Source of the DNA: Bugula neritina
Lineage: Eukaryota; Animalia; Bryozoa
Direction of reading: 5' to 3'
Assembly (NCBI GenBank): GCA_964035545.1
Contig: OZ037767.1
Coordinates: 25,250,628 to 25,314,627 of the forward strand
Length of the DNA stretch: 64,000 nucleotides
Program-made: the position numbers and the translations under genes
The notes under the pieces: generated by a model
Seen by the model: the letters and a program-made list of their open reading frames with translations, nothing else
Told to the model about the DNA's origin: nothing
Database searches by the model: none
In this document: piece after piece, positions 37,752 through 51,077 of the stretch
Layout of the letters: each line of letters opens with the position of its first letter
Numbering within the stretch: the stretch's first letter is position 1

Positions 37752-40389
37752 ATATCATCAATCACTTCTACAAGTTCAATTCAACACCAGGAATCAGTTA
37801 GAAGTGAAGTTTGTAAAACCTTCTGACCCAGATTGTCCTCCTCCTGGTCACAATGTTGTCACACCATCTGTACACCCTGGAACTCTGTTTACTATGCTAT
37901 ATGGACCTTGGATAGAGTAACAAAATTTTAAATCGCATCACTAAAATAGCATGTTATTCTTCAGATTAAATGGTATTAGCAACTTAATTTTATACCTATA
38001 TACATCCAGAATATCAAATGTCTTCCCAATAGCTTATGTTTAAAAAAAGTTACATAAAGTTATTTATTTATTTCTTGTTTTTGTATTCAACCATTTTATG
38101 TTATAAATAGTATTTATAAACAGCTACTAATTCTTTTTCATATAAATTTGTTTTTACTTTACAAGCTCAACACTAAGTTTTTTTTAGCTAATTTTTATGA
38201 ACTATAATTCCATAACATATGCACAAATAAATGTTCCACAAATACTTTATACTAACAACTATTACTTCAAGGAAGTCTTATTGGGATAATGACATGGTTT
38301 CATTTGAAGCTTTCTCTAGATATTTCTATATAGAATAATTAACCTTCAAAGAATGCAAATTAGTGGACTCAACTAAATATGATGGTTTAAATAGTTTTCA
38401 AAATAAGGTTCAGTAGATTAAATAGTTTCAATAAGAAATTTAAGCCTCCTATATATCAAACAGAAGCATATTTGTACCTATCTTCACTAGTATTGCGTGC
38501 ACTGTTGCAATATTTGAACAGTTTTTTAAAAAGCATACTATGCATTTAAATCTAGTAATATATCATAGACATGCACTTTTCAAAAACAGGCACAAATAAA
38601 TTTATGTATATATTACATGTTTGGTTAAGAAATAAAAACTAGTAATGTTGTTTATAATGCACCGTAAATTATAAAAAAATAAAGTTTGTTTATATATACT
38701 AAGTTTTCTACTGTCAACAGACATGCGCTTTGTTTGCTATTATAGACACTATAAACACATTTTACTCAATTCTTACATTAGTTCAATGTTGAATTGAAAT
38801 AAATTACAATGCTATTGTTAAAAAACAATAAAGTAGTTTTCAAAGTTAGAGCATTACAAAATTGAGTTACCTTAACTGGGAAAATCTCATGTCTAATTTA
38901 AATGTTCAATGAGTTAAATTGTATTCAAATTTACTATTTATTTCTGAAATGTAGCTTACTAGTGAATTGGGAGTTCCTATCGCATGTTTGCAAAAGGGGA
39001 TTTGCAACTATACATGCAGGTAAATCTGTGTCATATACAATTTCAGATAGTAGTTATTATCATCTTTGAACTAGAAACTGGTACAAGCTTACAGTTACTA
39101 TAAATATGACTCCACATGTAATGCAAATTATTCAAACTATATTTTTATTTAATTTTTTTTTCCAAACATTTTTATTTAGCTTCCAACATGTGCAACTTTT
39201 AGTTTCTGTTTTGACTTGACAGTTTGCATATATGCAGAGGGTTTAAATCTGAGGTTTGGTAAAATTAACAAAAAAAATAGATTTGCGAACTCATTCTTAT
39301 TTTATGCAATCAATGTGTCTACATTTTATCAACATTTAAAATCAATAAATCAAATAGTGTAGACTTTTGTCGCTTACTTTTTACTATAAGTGCTACCATG
39401 CAGAAAAGTTTTCATTTTAGCTGTAAATTTGAATTAAAATTATAATACTAAATTTATAAGGCAGTATAGTTCGGTCATTTTAAAGTTGTTGCAAAACTTA
39501 CATATATATAAATCCTTATTATTGCAACAATATTTCAGAAATTCATATTTCACAACTTGTTATTCTTTGACATATTGTGGTTGTTCAATCAAACAATTAT
39601 ACAACCTGAATGCAACTTAACGTAACAAAATAAAGCTAAAAAAGTTGATAGGGCATTTTAATTTACTGTTGAATTAAATCTAATGCATAATGTACTATAT
39701 TTATCTGTTGTAGAAGATGTAGCTTGTTGGGGCAGTAGATATGACAAAAATGCATTACAGTATATTTCAATAATCGACTATAGTTTTTTTAGAAAGCTAT
39801 TCAAAGCAGAGTTGTGCAAATTAATTAATTGAATAAAACAGTTAATAGAAAATAGGGTTGAAAACTCCCAAAGATTACACGACAACGAAACTCTTGAGTT
39901 TTCCTGCATGAAGAAAGTTTGGCAATTACATATACAAGAGAATAGTATGTAACAAGTAATCTAAAAATAGCTGAGTATATAGCTTTTTGTGATAGCTTTA
40001 GATATATCTTAATAAAATGGAGTGAAGAATACAATTAGCTGTCAGTGGAAGAAGCAAACATACGTGTCCAGTTTAGGAAAGAAATGGCTAATCAATATGA
40101 TAGAACTGAGTAAGTTTTAAGTAGGTTTGAAGTACTTTATATAAATTTAGTGTCTCTGTCAATTTGTATCAATAGCAAAGGCTTTTAAATGTTTTATTTT
40201 CTACTTTAAAGATTACACTAACTTCATAAATCTAATTATCTGCTATCTGTTTATGCAATTCTAAAATTGAGGCAGGGAATAGAGTTGGAACAATAAATTG
40301 GAACATTTGCACCTTTTTTAAGCCATGATCCTATAAATTTGATTAGCCTTAGAGTTGTTATATTGTGCTAAACATTTAATTTTTGTTAG

Positions 40390-43300
40390 CAGTAGATTAC
40401 AGTTTTATGGAATATGGCTTCCAAGGTTTTGGTGTTTCAGGCAACTGGGAGATGAATCCAATACAGCTCTTTGTTATCAGAGGCATGTAAATATGTACCT
40501 ATATAAGATTGACTAAGATACAGAGGATGATTCTAGAACAGCACAATGTTAGAGTTTCATTTGGCAAGAATAACTGCTTACTTTTGAATGGGAAAAATAT
40601 TGAAGATGCCAGAAAAACTATTTCCGAGGAGGTTGAACGCCTCCATGAAGTAGATATGACCTTTCCAGCAGTGCGCTATTACAATCTCAAGAATTCAAAG
40701 ATTTCAGCAATCAATCAAGTATTGAGAGACCACTGTGTATATGTCTGTAGCAGCAGTAGTAAACGAGCTAAAGAAACTTGTCAAATGCTGTTACATCTGG
40801 CAAGAAGGTGTTTGGATGAAAAAAGAAGAAAAACTGACGTTTGCTATAGCTGCATTCTTACTTTAGAGAAATACAGCTATTTTAACCGAGTTGGTTTTAC
40901 AGAACAGATGACTAAATTTAATGTCGAAATTGACATGCTCAAAAAACACGAAGTTGAAATTTGTGGAGCCATGCAGACTTTCAAACATATATTTGGCTGC
41001 TAACTCATTAAAAAGAACTCCAACAAAAAACTTCAAAATTTCAGATCTTTTTCTGCAATGTCTAAAAGATGTTCTGTACGAAAACATACTTGCAGCACTG
41101 CATGCTGGTGAAGTAATTGTTGGGTGGAGCTATCGTAAAGATAGTTTGTGGATATGCAGTTCCTCCTATACAAATGTTGACATTGCCTACCGAGCAATGA
41201 AAAGTCTAGTAGCAGAAGCAACTTACCCTAACAGACATCTTAAAAATTTTGAAAAAATCATATATCAACAACACTGGAGGCAGTTAGAAGAGGAACTTGA
41301 ATTGCAAAATCTTAAGTGTATAATACAGTTATGAAAGGGTTCATCTCATCTAATGCTTGCTATTCACCCGGCTAAAGATATGCCAAAGCTGATAGAAGTT
41401 TTAAAACAATTCCTGAAGCCACCACAAAAATCCCAACAGAACTTAAAATACTCACTACCTTTGCCGGAAATAACATGCTGTGGACTGCTTTTATTAAGAA
41501 ATTTCAATCTTATTGAAGAAAGAGCTAAACTTGTTGCAGAAACCTCAGCAGTGAACATAAGCATTAAAAGCAGAGGTTTGAGTATACTGGTCGTATCTGA
41601 AAGCTATTTACAGAACATTGTAGAGGAAATATTATCTGAAATATTTGCCAGCTTGATTATAGAAGAGTCCATGAGTTTTAGCAAGAGATGGCTTATTAGC
41701 TGGCTAGGTTCTCAAAACTGCAAAGACAATCTGAAGAGAATTTCGACTGTTAACAAAGTTGTATATGAAATAATAAACTATCCCATAGCCAGAATGGCTG
41801 TTGTAGTAGGAGACTTTGAAGAACTGTTGGTGAGTTTGTGTTTATTGCTAAAAACTTGATTTTGATTTTATTTTGCAGTAAAGTAATCTTGATAAAAAAT
41901 GAAAATGAAATACAATAGTTATTTATTTACTAAGATTGTATATAGCAGTGACTCTATGTTTTATATATAATACCACTATTGTTAATGGCTAATTTGTTTG
42001 CTTTGATTTTTTTAAAAGTAAATAAAGCAGGCAAAACCAGCTGACAAGGTTTTGTTCTTATGATTGATATATTTTAGCATAGCTATTTATTTATCTATTG
42101 AAGTTGTTTGGCTCAATATTGGAATTGACAAAGTTACATACAGCTCAGCAGTTGTTAGACTTTGGCAGTTCAAATGTTTATTTTAAATTATACTTCCAAA
42201 TTGGCTGTTGAATGATTTATTATTAGCCATATTAAGTTTTGCCTTTTAGTTCAGCCACCATAATATTAACAGGCCTGCTTTGTATCGTGCAAATACATTA
42301 GATACAAATAATATATATAATAAGTCTTTTCTCACTTACTTGAAACACAAAACTACCATATATTCACAGATGGGAACCTGCTATACTAGGCTTTCAAGTG
42401 TCAGTTTCACTTTCTTGCTATAACTGGAAAATTCCAAATGGTAATGCTTACAGCAGAAGCACTCTTTCCAGCGGCATGGTGTCTTCAGTTATATCAATTG
42501 CTACTGTCATGGATGGGAAAACGAAACCAGTCATGAACTGAGTGTTGAGGAAGAGGCTCGAAATGTTGAAAGTCTTACCTACTACACACTACTGCCTGTA
42601 TTGGACTGGAGGTCAAACTTACCATTTGCTCAAGAGGTAGGCAACTGATGAAAAGAAGGTGTTTGTAGAGTGTAAATGATAACCATCTTGTTGGCTTGCA
42701 CCTGTTGTCTAGAATTGCATGTTGTGTATCATTGATTGAGTTATTGATTTGCACAGATAGGTGAAGTCAGTTTATAGACATGTTTCAGCAAAGTAAGCTG
42801 TAAAAATCTTCTCACATGAACTTTACAATCAACCCATTATAATTTTATCAGTATACTTGGAAGTTTATAAAAAAAATTATTGCATTTTCATATTAGTTAA
42901 TATGTTTGCAAAAGCTCATTTAATATTTGCTCTTCTATTTCTAAACTGTTCAAGTTGATGTTCTTTAGAATCTAGGTTATGAAATTAAAGAAGCGCTGCA
43001 GTGTTTCCATGAACATGATTTGGAAGTTGCTTATTTTAAAGTCGCTGCTAGAAGAAACTTTAGCTATCAATGACACACTGTTTGACTTGGTAACCAGCAA
43101 AGGTAAAAATTATCAACTTCCTCAGCCATATCTTATCTCATTGAGTGGATTGTATTCTTTGATAAGGATCTCTATACCCTCTGACTACAACACACTCTTA
43201 TGTCAACTAATAATTTTACAATTTTTTAAAAATATTTTTGGAATAGTTATCTATCCAACATTTTAGATGCATTTTTAATCGCTTCATGCTGTTTTAGTTA

Positions 43301-44662
43301 GATATCTGTAAAAAGTAACAAACGTTATTTAGATAATCTGCAAATACAACTACATGGTCCTACGAGGCCTGTCCGGTTTACACGTAACACAATTGCTGTA
43401 ACTGCTTACAGATACATACATATTCCCTACAACTTGTGCACTGAGTAGAGAAGCTGGGGTGAGGCTAGATAAGATTAGAGATCAAGTGGAATGGCAGAAC
43501 ATACTGAGCTATTTAGCAGAGTTTCCTCGAGATCAGATAAACTTAACAGGGGTTTGTAGTAGATCATATATAAGTTTTTAATATGGCAGCTTTCTCCTAT
43601 ACGTGCAATGATTTTGAGATGCCATCATAGCTTGGTCAATACATTCTCAATGGAAAGTTGTTATAAGCAGCTTTGAGTTGGTGGTCACCGAGTGCATTGA
43701 TTCAGGAAGAGGGTGTTTCGAGTTTGGCATTGGGGGTTTGAAGTTTGAATAACGATGGCTATACAACTTCTACATTCAATTACCCCTAACGCAGGGCTGC
43801 TCCTAGACAGATTTTTTTAATGAAGAGACCTACCTAACTGTTACATGCAAATGATGTGGAAGTATTTAATAGTTGACTTTTAGCTTGTATCACATTCTTC
43901 TACTGCAATTACTGCTTACCAAATAATTGCAGTGAAATTTTAGATATTCTTCTTTCAGATAAAAAGATTAGAAGACAAAGATATGTACGCCATATATCAT
44001 GCTTACAAAGCACAAGCTTAAGAAAAAATGGACGAAACAGCCGAGTCTTTTGAAATCGAAAGACTCCTATGGTGCAATTACCAGATTTTTATGAGGAAAT
44101 AGAAGAAGGTGAATGTTCAAGTGCTTTGAGTACAAAACTTTCTGAATCAATTTTCAAACTTTATTTTTGTTTAGTACCGTACATAATATATGCTGCTTTA
44201 AACTTGTAAACTTGGCATTCAAAGTAAGCGCATCTACTGAATAGTGTAGTAGTTTAAATTTGCGCTGCGGCCACTTTGCACACTACACACATTGACATAT
44301 CAAGTTGCATTCTATATACTAATTAGCAACGTTGCTAGATAATTATTATTAGTAACACCGATTCAGTTTCTGTTGCAGATTGTGTCAACAAATTGTACTT
44401 TACTTCCAACTTTGAATATGCACGAGACTTCAGCATGAGAGATTCGACTTCTTATTCAATGACATTGTCTTTAGTGGAAACTGGAAACTATACATTAGAG
44501 AATTCTGGATCAAATAAAGAGAACTTGCCAGAAAAGTGCTGCTCTTCTGCCAATGATCTTGAAGACCCATTGATATTTGTAGTGTACGACAAGGCTGCTG
44601 TTTACTCACAATATGTAGTTGAGTTTTCAGATAATTCAAGCACTGAAATTTGCACCGTTTAG
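40390..44662 (+). pseudogene. PARP14/15-like pseudogene
   Basis: Large exon ~40390-41829 with a frameshift near 40990 and an in-frame TGA at 41332-41334. PARP-domain exons from 43959 (IKRLEDKDMYAIYHAYKAQA*...IERLLW; TAA at 44019-44021) and 44379-44662 (LYFTSNFEYARDFS...LVETG...IFVVYDKAAVYSQYVVEF). The 5' boundary is uncertain. Confidence 0.75.
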
Positions 44663-47600
44663 CTCAAACATTTAAAATGTACTCTAAAGTTTGTTTACAG
44701 TGCTTCCAGCTAAAATGTGCTACTATGTCTTATGTATTATATAGATGGATCGCTAATTAACTAGTATTCTATTTTAGTTTTTTCTTTTTAAAAATATATA
44801 AGGGCTACTATCAGTTGTCTATTTGTAACACACACATACCTTGCAGGTTATATGTCACTATTTGTATTTGCAGGTATTGTACATGTAATGCTTTTCACCA
44901 TTATGTAATATTCAATTGAGTGGTTTAATGTTTTAGTAGCATGATAAAACCTTAACCTTGAGAAAGTGTTAAGAAGTAAATATATAATATTTTAGTTGAT
45001 ATGCTATATAAAAAATGTGTAGTAATTTATATCAATATTGATATTATGACTATACTTGAGATTTCACAGCAATACAGATGTCAAAAATTGAATGTAGAAA
45101 GGGGATGAAACTGAAAAATAAGTTATAATAATGATATACACCTAATGTGGATACTAGTTGAAGAAATGTAGACGATCTATCGTACATATTACTGCAGTAG
45201 AGCATATGTCATATATAGCATGGAACATAATTTTAGGATTTATAATGTTACTCAGATGTGTAATGTTTTGCAGAGCTGGCTTAAATTTTCAAGTCAACTC
45301 AGTGATCGTAATGGCAAAATACAAAAGTTAACAATAACTACTCTTTGTTTTATAATACCAGAGCCTTTTGGAAACTGCATTAGTATGAGCACAAAATTTA
45401 CTCTAAAACAAAGTTGTTTGAGCGTGTGACCTTGGCACAATCTGCAAAAGATAACCAAGATATATAACAATATTTTGAATGAAGTTGTAAAATAACTGCC
45501 CTTACCAGAAACTGAACTTTTATTTGTAAATTAGATTTATTAATTGTCATCAAAATATTTACATTGAGAAGACTTACACTTCTTTAAATATTTTTTTATA
45601 AACTATATATATATAAAATGTATAACTTTTTCAAATATTGCACAGTCAAAAATCTGGGCTGGCAAATTTATGGGAACTCTCAAGTTTAATAAAAAACTGA
45701 ATGAATTCAATATTTTGCAACAGTGAGTTAGTTTGTACTGAAATTTAGTTCGTTCAGGTTGTTAAAAACAATTAACTTCAAACAAAAAAGCTGCTAATAA
45801 TAACAACTCTAATTTGTTTCAAATTTAAGGCTAAGGTAGTTTTACATGGCTCAATTATTTGAACATGGGACATCCCAAAGTGTAACTCTGTTAACTTCAT
45901 TCAAAAATCAGTGAGAAGAGTTTTGTAAGATTTTGCTGCAGGTGAAAACTAACATCACAGTGAAAAAAAAGTTGCTATTGTTTGGGTAGGAAAACAAGTA
46001 CTAAAAGTTGAAGTTTATTTTTCGACTTTTTGCTATAAGCAGCTGCACAGAATTTATTAAAAACAGTTAATGTATACCTATAATAATTAAACACATGGTC
46101 TTGACAGTTTGTATACATAAAGGTAACTGCAGAAATGCTTACTAAATCATCAATGAGCACTTTGACGCACCAATATGACAGCCTGACTGTTTAATTATGA
46201 AAATGCAAGTTTAGCATTTAATTTTTACCTGACGAATACTTCATTGAATTCCAATAATGTGAGAGAGCACATACAAATAAGTTGTATGTTTTGGTTTGAT
46301 ACAGTTTTAGATAATTCTAGCACAGTTTTTGCTTTTATAAAAAACACTTATGGTTTGTAGCAATGCCATAGACATACTCTTTATAGTTATAGGCAAAAGT
46401 TTAACCTTATCTGGTATTATCACTGGGGGTTGACCAGGTTTTGCAACATGAAAAACTCTAACATTAGCATAGATTGACAATAAAACAAAACTTTATATTA
46501 ACTGTTTGCGCCTAACCTGCTATAAAACACTCATTGTATAGTCAAACAAAGTTAATTTCTAGAACTATTGTCATTTGTATAAACATGCTTGTTAAAGGAA
46601 CAGATTTACAATGATGTATTCACACTGAAACACCTTAAGTTGAATGGGTGTTAAATTCTCTATTGTTGGGAATAATAAAAGAACTACTCATGAGCAATAA
46701 GGGGAGAAAATATATTTCTTCAATTTAAATTTTTTTAAATTAGTCATATCCTATATTATATAAGCTGAAAATATATAAAAATACAGTATGACCATTGAAC
46801 AAAACGGCATTACATAAGTTGGAAATTCCGTTCAAGTAAACCCAAGTTTGACTAATTTTGCCACTTCTTCCTTATTTACATATATTTGACTCAACTAATT
46901 TGATGTCATGTTGTTTCCAAACCAAAATTTTTATTAAATAAGTTTCGAGTTAGGTATTTTCAATTCCAAAGTAACCTAACTTAGGTTCAACAGAATAAGT
47001 TACAATGATGAAAATATCTAATGTAGAAAGTAGTCATAAATGTTTATTGTGTTTATATAGATATGCATACATACTACTTTTGAGGGACTCAATCCATGAA
47101 GGTCTGCATGAAACAAAGAATCAAAACTCAAACAATTTGCAACAGCACAGCATTTAAATGTATAAAATATAGCTATATATTTATAGTTTATAGTAAATTG
47201 CACTCAGTATTTCATGCTTTCATGTAAAGATATTGAGATCTAAAAACAAATGTATAGGTTAATTTAAAAAAATTTACCTCAAAAGACAGTTTTTTTTCAA
47301 ATAACTTTTCTACGTTTCAACATACCAATAAAAGGTGTATAGAATCTACAGATATGATTATAAAAGTATGATATGAAAGATTCCCAGCCATGTTTCTTGT
47401 ACCACTCATCTTTAAAACACATTAGTCATTGCAATGGTTTTCTCCAAATCCGTTTACATAATAATAAGTTATGTTTTTCACAATTTATGTTGGCATTTCA
47501 AGATGAATATAACAGAGCTCTAAGCAACTCCAGTAAATTTTCAAAATCAATAAGAAAAAAATTAATGAAGGAGTTTTCAGAAAAAATTTTCAATATTAAA

Positions 47601-47702
47601 ATTGTATATTTTGAAATTTGGATTATGAACTAAACAAACAATATAAACAATAAATGCTGTAAGCTACATGAATGCGTAACTTCTGGTTGAATAATTAGTT
47701 TT

Positions 47703-47790
47703 GGAAATTCCCAAATTAAATTTTACAGTTAAAATACTGGGTTGTGAAAAAATAGTTGAGACACTATCAAAACAAACGAAAGGTATAAAA
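47703..47790 (+). promoter_or_regulatory. B3 core promoter: kB site and TATA
   Basis: GGAAATTCCC at 47703-47712 and TATAAAA at 47784-47790. Distal GGAAATTCCG at 46821-46830 with TGACTCA at 46887-46893. Confidence 0.6.
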
Positions 47791-47903
47791 CTGAGTGAAA
47801 TTATGGGAACAACCATTAACAGAAAATATCTGACACCAGGATAAACATATTCTACACAGAAAAATATCACATTATTTCTTTCTAGAATTCTGAACTCATA
47901 AAA

Positions 47904-49587
47904 ATGAAGGTGAGAGTAATTTACTGAGTGTTTGAGCAGATATATAGTATGTTATGTAGAGCATTACATCTACAATAACGTACTTTTAATCAAAAACTTT
48001 ATGTATTTACCAATATGTTTTACCAAATATAATGTATTATACTTTGTATATTATATATGCAAAGTTATTTTGTTAGTTTGGTATTGTAGATTATTGGCAG
48101 GATATAGTTGTTAAATATTAAATATTGCCACTTTGCTAAATATAATTATAGCTTATTTAACAAAACTTTTTTATTAGTTCCCATCAAATATGCAACATTT
48201 ACTTTTTTTGCAAATTAAAACAAGTTGCTATATATATTATATAAACTATTGGACTCTAAATACATTTCTACCTCTAAAAATCATGTTTATGATCTATTAA
48301 CTGCTTCCCAGTTCACGTAAATGTGAGATATAAAAATTAACCATCTCAGCTCCTATAAATCAACTCTCGAGCAATTCATTTATTATTTCAGACCATAACT
48401 GTCCTCGGAGTTTTCCTCTCTCTCTTTACCCTACAAGCTTTCCAGGTTACCTTCATTTCTGGGGCTCAAATCAAACGAAGTGTAGCCAATGAGCTAAGAA
48501 GACCATCTGATATTAATGCAGAAGTTGCCAAGCAGATGATCACATTGGTAAGCTAATAAATATATGTCTTAGTAACTTTTACTGAAACATAATTGTTAGC
48601 TGTTTTGGTCTTAAGAATTTAAAATGATGTCGCTTTTAATTATTAAGCCACTTTATGAAATTGTACCAAAATATTCAACTAGTTGACAGATTACAAATAA
48701 AATGCATACTTTGAATCATTACAGCCTGACATGAGTAGCAGAGTTCAGTTACACAGTTATATCTCCAATAATTTCCTCTCCGCTGTACCTTCAACAAGAT
48801 CTGTCAACAGTTTAATCAGAATGAGAAGATCAAATTTGCTTTCAAGTAGTGAGTCTATTTTACTATCATTATATTATATCATATCACAATATATTATGAT
48901 ATCATGATTCACCTTATAATAAAACATAAACCCACACACACTCACTCATGTACCTTAATCTGTGAGATATAACAGCTTGAGTTTATGACCATATGGTATA
49001 TATGTTTATAATTTATTAGGTTTCCTTTACCGAGCCAGAGGTTCACCAGAAAAACACAACCTGGTAACTTTCATGACAAATGCTGGAGTAAAAAACTATA
49101 ACGGCAATTCACCTCTTCATCCAGATGGAGTTCTTGAGAGATTAGTCAGATACAGAGACCGTCTGGTCGCTAAAGTAAGTGTTCTTCCATCACAATAAAC
49201 TGCTGAACATCTAAAATTATGAGAAAATACAACATATAGTTTATACAGATGCGTTTTTTGGATTTATCAACCTATACTCTTATGTTGTAGAAGGTGGATG
49301 TTGATGAAGCTGCACATTTTCTGGTTAAACGATTTCCTCCAGTTTGTAATGAGACTAAAGATTACTCTTTAGAGAAACCTCTCTATCTTCAACTCATGCT
49401 CATAGATGTTGATAGTGAATATCATCAATCACTTCTACAAGTTCAATTCAACACTAGGAATCAGTTAGAAGTGAAGTTTGTAAAACCTTCTGACCCAGAT
49501 TGTCCCCCTCCTGGTCACAATGTTGTCACACCATCTGTACATCCTGGAACTCTCTTTACTATGCTATATGGACCTTGGATAGAGTAA
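47904..49587 (+). CDS. Secreted beta-trefoil-like protein, subtype B, copy B3
   Basis: Exons 47904-47909, 48392-48547, 48725-48848, 49020-49174, 49291-49587; intact frame, GT-AG. Confidence 0.85.
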
Positions 49588-51077
49588 CTCAGATTGTTCA
49601 CACTTTCAAAATCCAAAAATTAACCATAGGTTTATATTGTTTAAAGTTGTGTGGTTGAAACATTTTTATTTATATTGCTTGGTTCTTATCAACATAATTT
49701 TATTATTATTATTTCTTTATTATTTACTTTTGTGTTTGGTTGAAATTATTTATTAAATAATATGTTTTGCTGAACCATATAAATAAATTTATTTTTTTAT
49801 GCGTCATAAACTAATATTTCAGGATAAACTGTTTTCTACTCTTGCTAATAAAATAAAGTGGAATCTTTCACTTTATTAGATTCAATCCCTGTTTGCTTTC
49901 AGCTAAATTTGTTCACAACTGCAATTGAAGTTTATTTCATGTCTGAATTGTTCCAAGTCTAGCTATTATTTACACATATTATGTTGTAGTTTAGCTATTG
50001 GTTTATATTTATCATTGGCATTTTCCAGCACCCTATTGAACATTTATAACCTAAGAAAAGCACCATAGACAAATTCACTCAAAACTTGCACTTGTTTATG
50101 CTAGTGGAAAAGGTTCTAAAAACAATTGCAACAATTCCGAAAATATCTTATAAAATACACAGATCAAATTTAAAGTATCAAAAGTAAACTTCCATTGTGA
50201 TACTGTACATAAAATTAAATACTTTCAATCTAATAAAGTAACAGAAAATAACAAGCATGCCATAATTCTACTCAGGTAAACTTGGACTGGTTCTTTACAA
50301 CGTCATGATAACGTCCGTTATCTCTAATAATGCAAAAGATTAATAAGTCTATGACAACTGTAAGAGATATATGTGTTAGCTATGTGGATACTACACAGCT
50401 ATATAATTGTTATATCTTCACTAAACATTGTAAAGCTTGCAAGAAGCTCTCTAGCTTTTATGCTTCAAGTTTGAGCTGTAATGAGACTAGATTATTATTT
50501 GTATCTCTCTGTTGAATTGGTTGACTCACTCATAGACTGATGTTGAATAGCAGTTCAACAATTTTGCTATAAGATAACCAGGTAAGTTGTTCAAATGGTA
50601 CAGTTTTATATATTATATCATACATATCATACTATACTTTTACGTATACATGCTTATGCTGCTTTCACAACTCAGTACAATTAATGTTGTCCAAATTGGT
50701 TTATTCTTCTGTCAGCTATTCACGGTTAAAGGTAATTTAAATTTATTTAGTGCACATGTATTTTTTAATAGTGCATGATGATATTTTAGTCAAAATCAAA
50801 ACTTTGAGTCAATTAATAGAAATGAATACAATAAAAACTTCTTTTTATTACAAATTGTTCGTTTTTAAGGCATTTCTGCACACTAGAAATCAGTAATAAT
50901 CAATATATGGAGCGCACATTACAGTCTAGCCTTTCAGTTTTGATATACTTTTTTCATAACAGAATACAAACATCTACTGTTTGCAGTGTTGTTAAAGCAC
51001 CATTATACTACCATGATATTCAACACATATTACATATATAACTTCTTATATTTGTGTAAATTGATAGTGTGCTTCAA

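Larger units (their letters stand above)
28246..37920 (+). pseudogene. Subtype A copy A3, disrupted by a splice-acceptor mutation and a Gypsy insertion
   Basis: Exons 28246-28251, 28450-28596, 28829-28955, 29116-29270 (acceptor is tttAT instead of tttAG at 29114-29115). Exon 5 is split into 29619-29750 and 37756-37920 by the LTR element. Confidence 0.88.
46600..50060 (+). repeat. Inverted duplicate of the B-gene block (upstream region, gene and 3' flank)
   Basis: Reverse-complement similarity to ~10850-14720 (e.g. ttaaattctctattgttgggaataataaaagaactactcat), lacking the MITE region. Confidence 0.8.
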
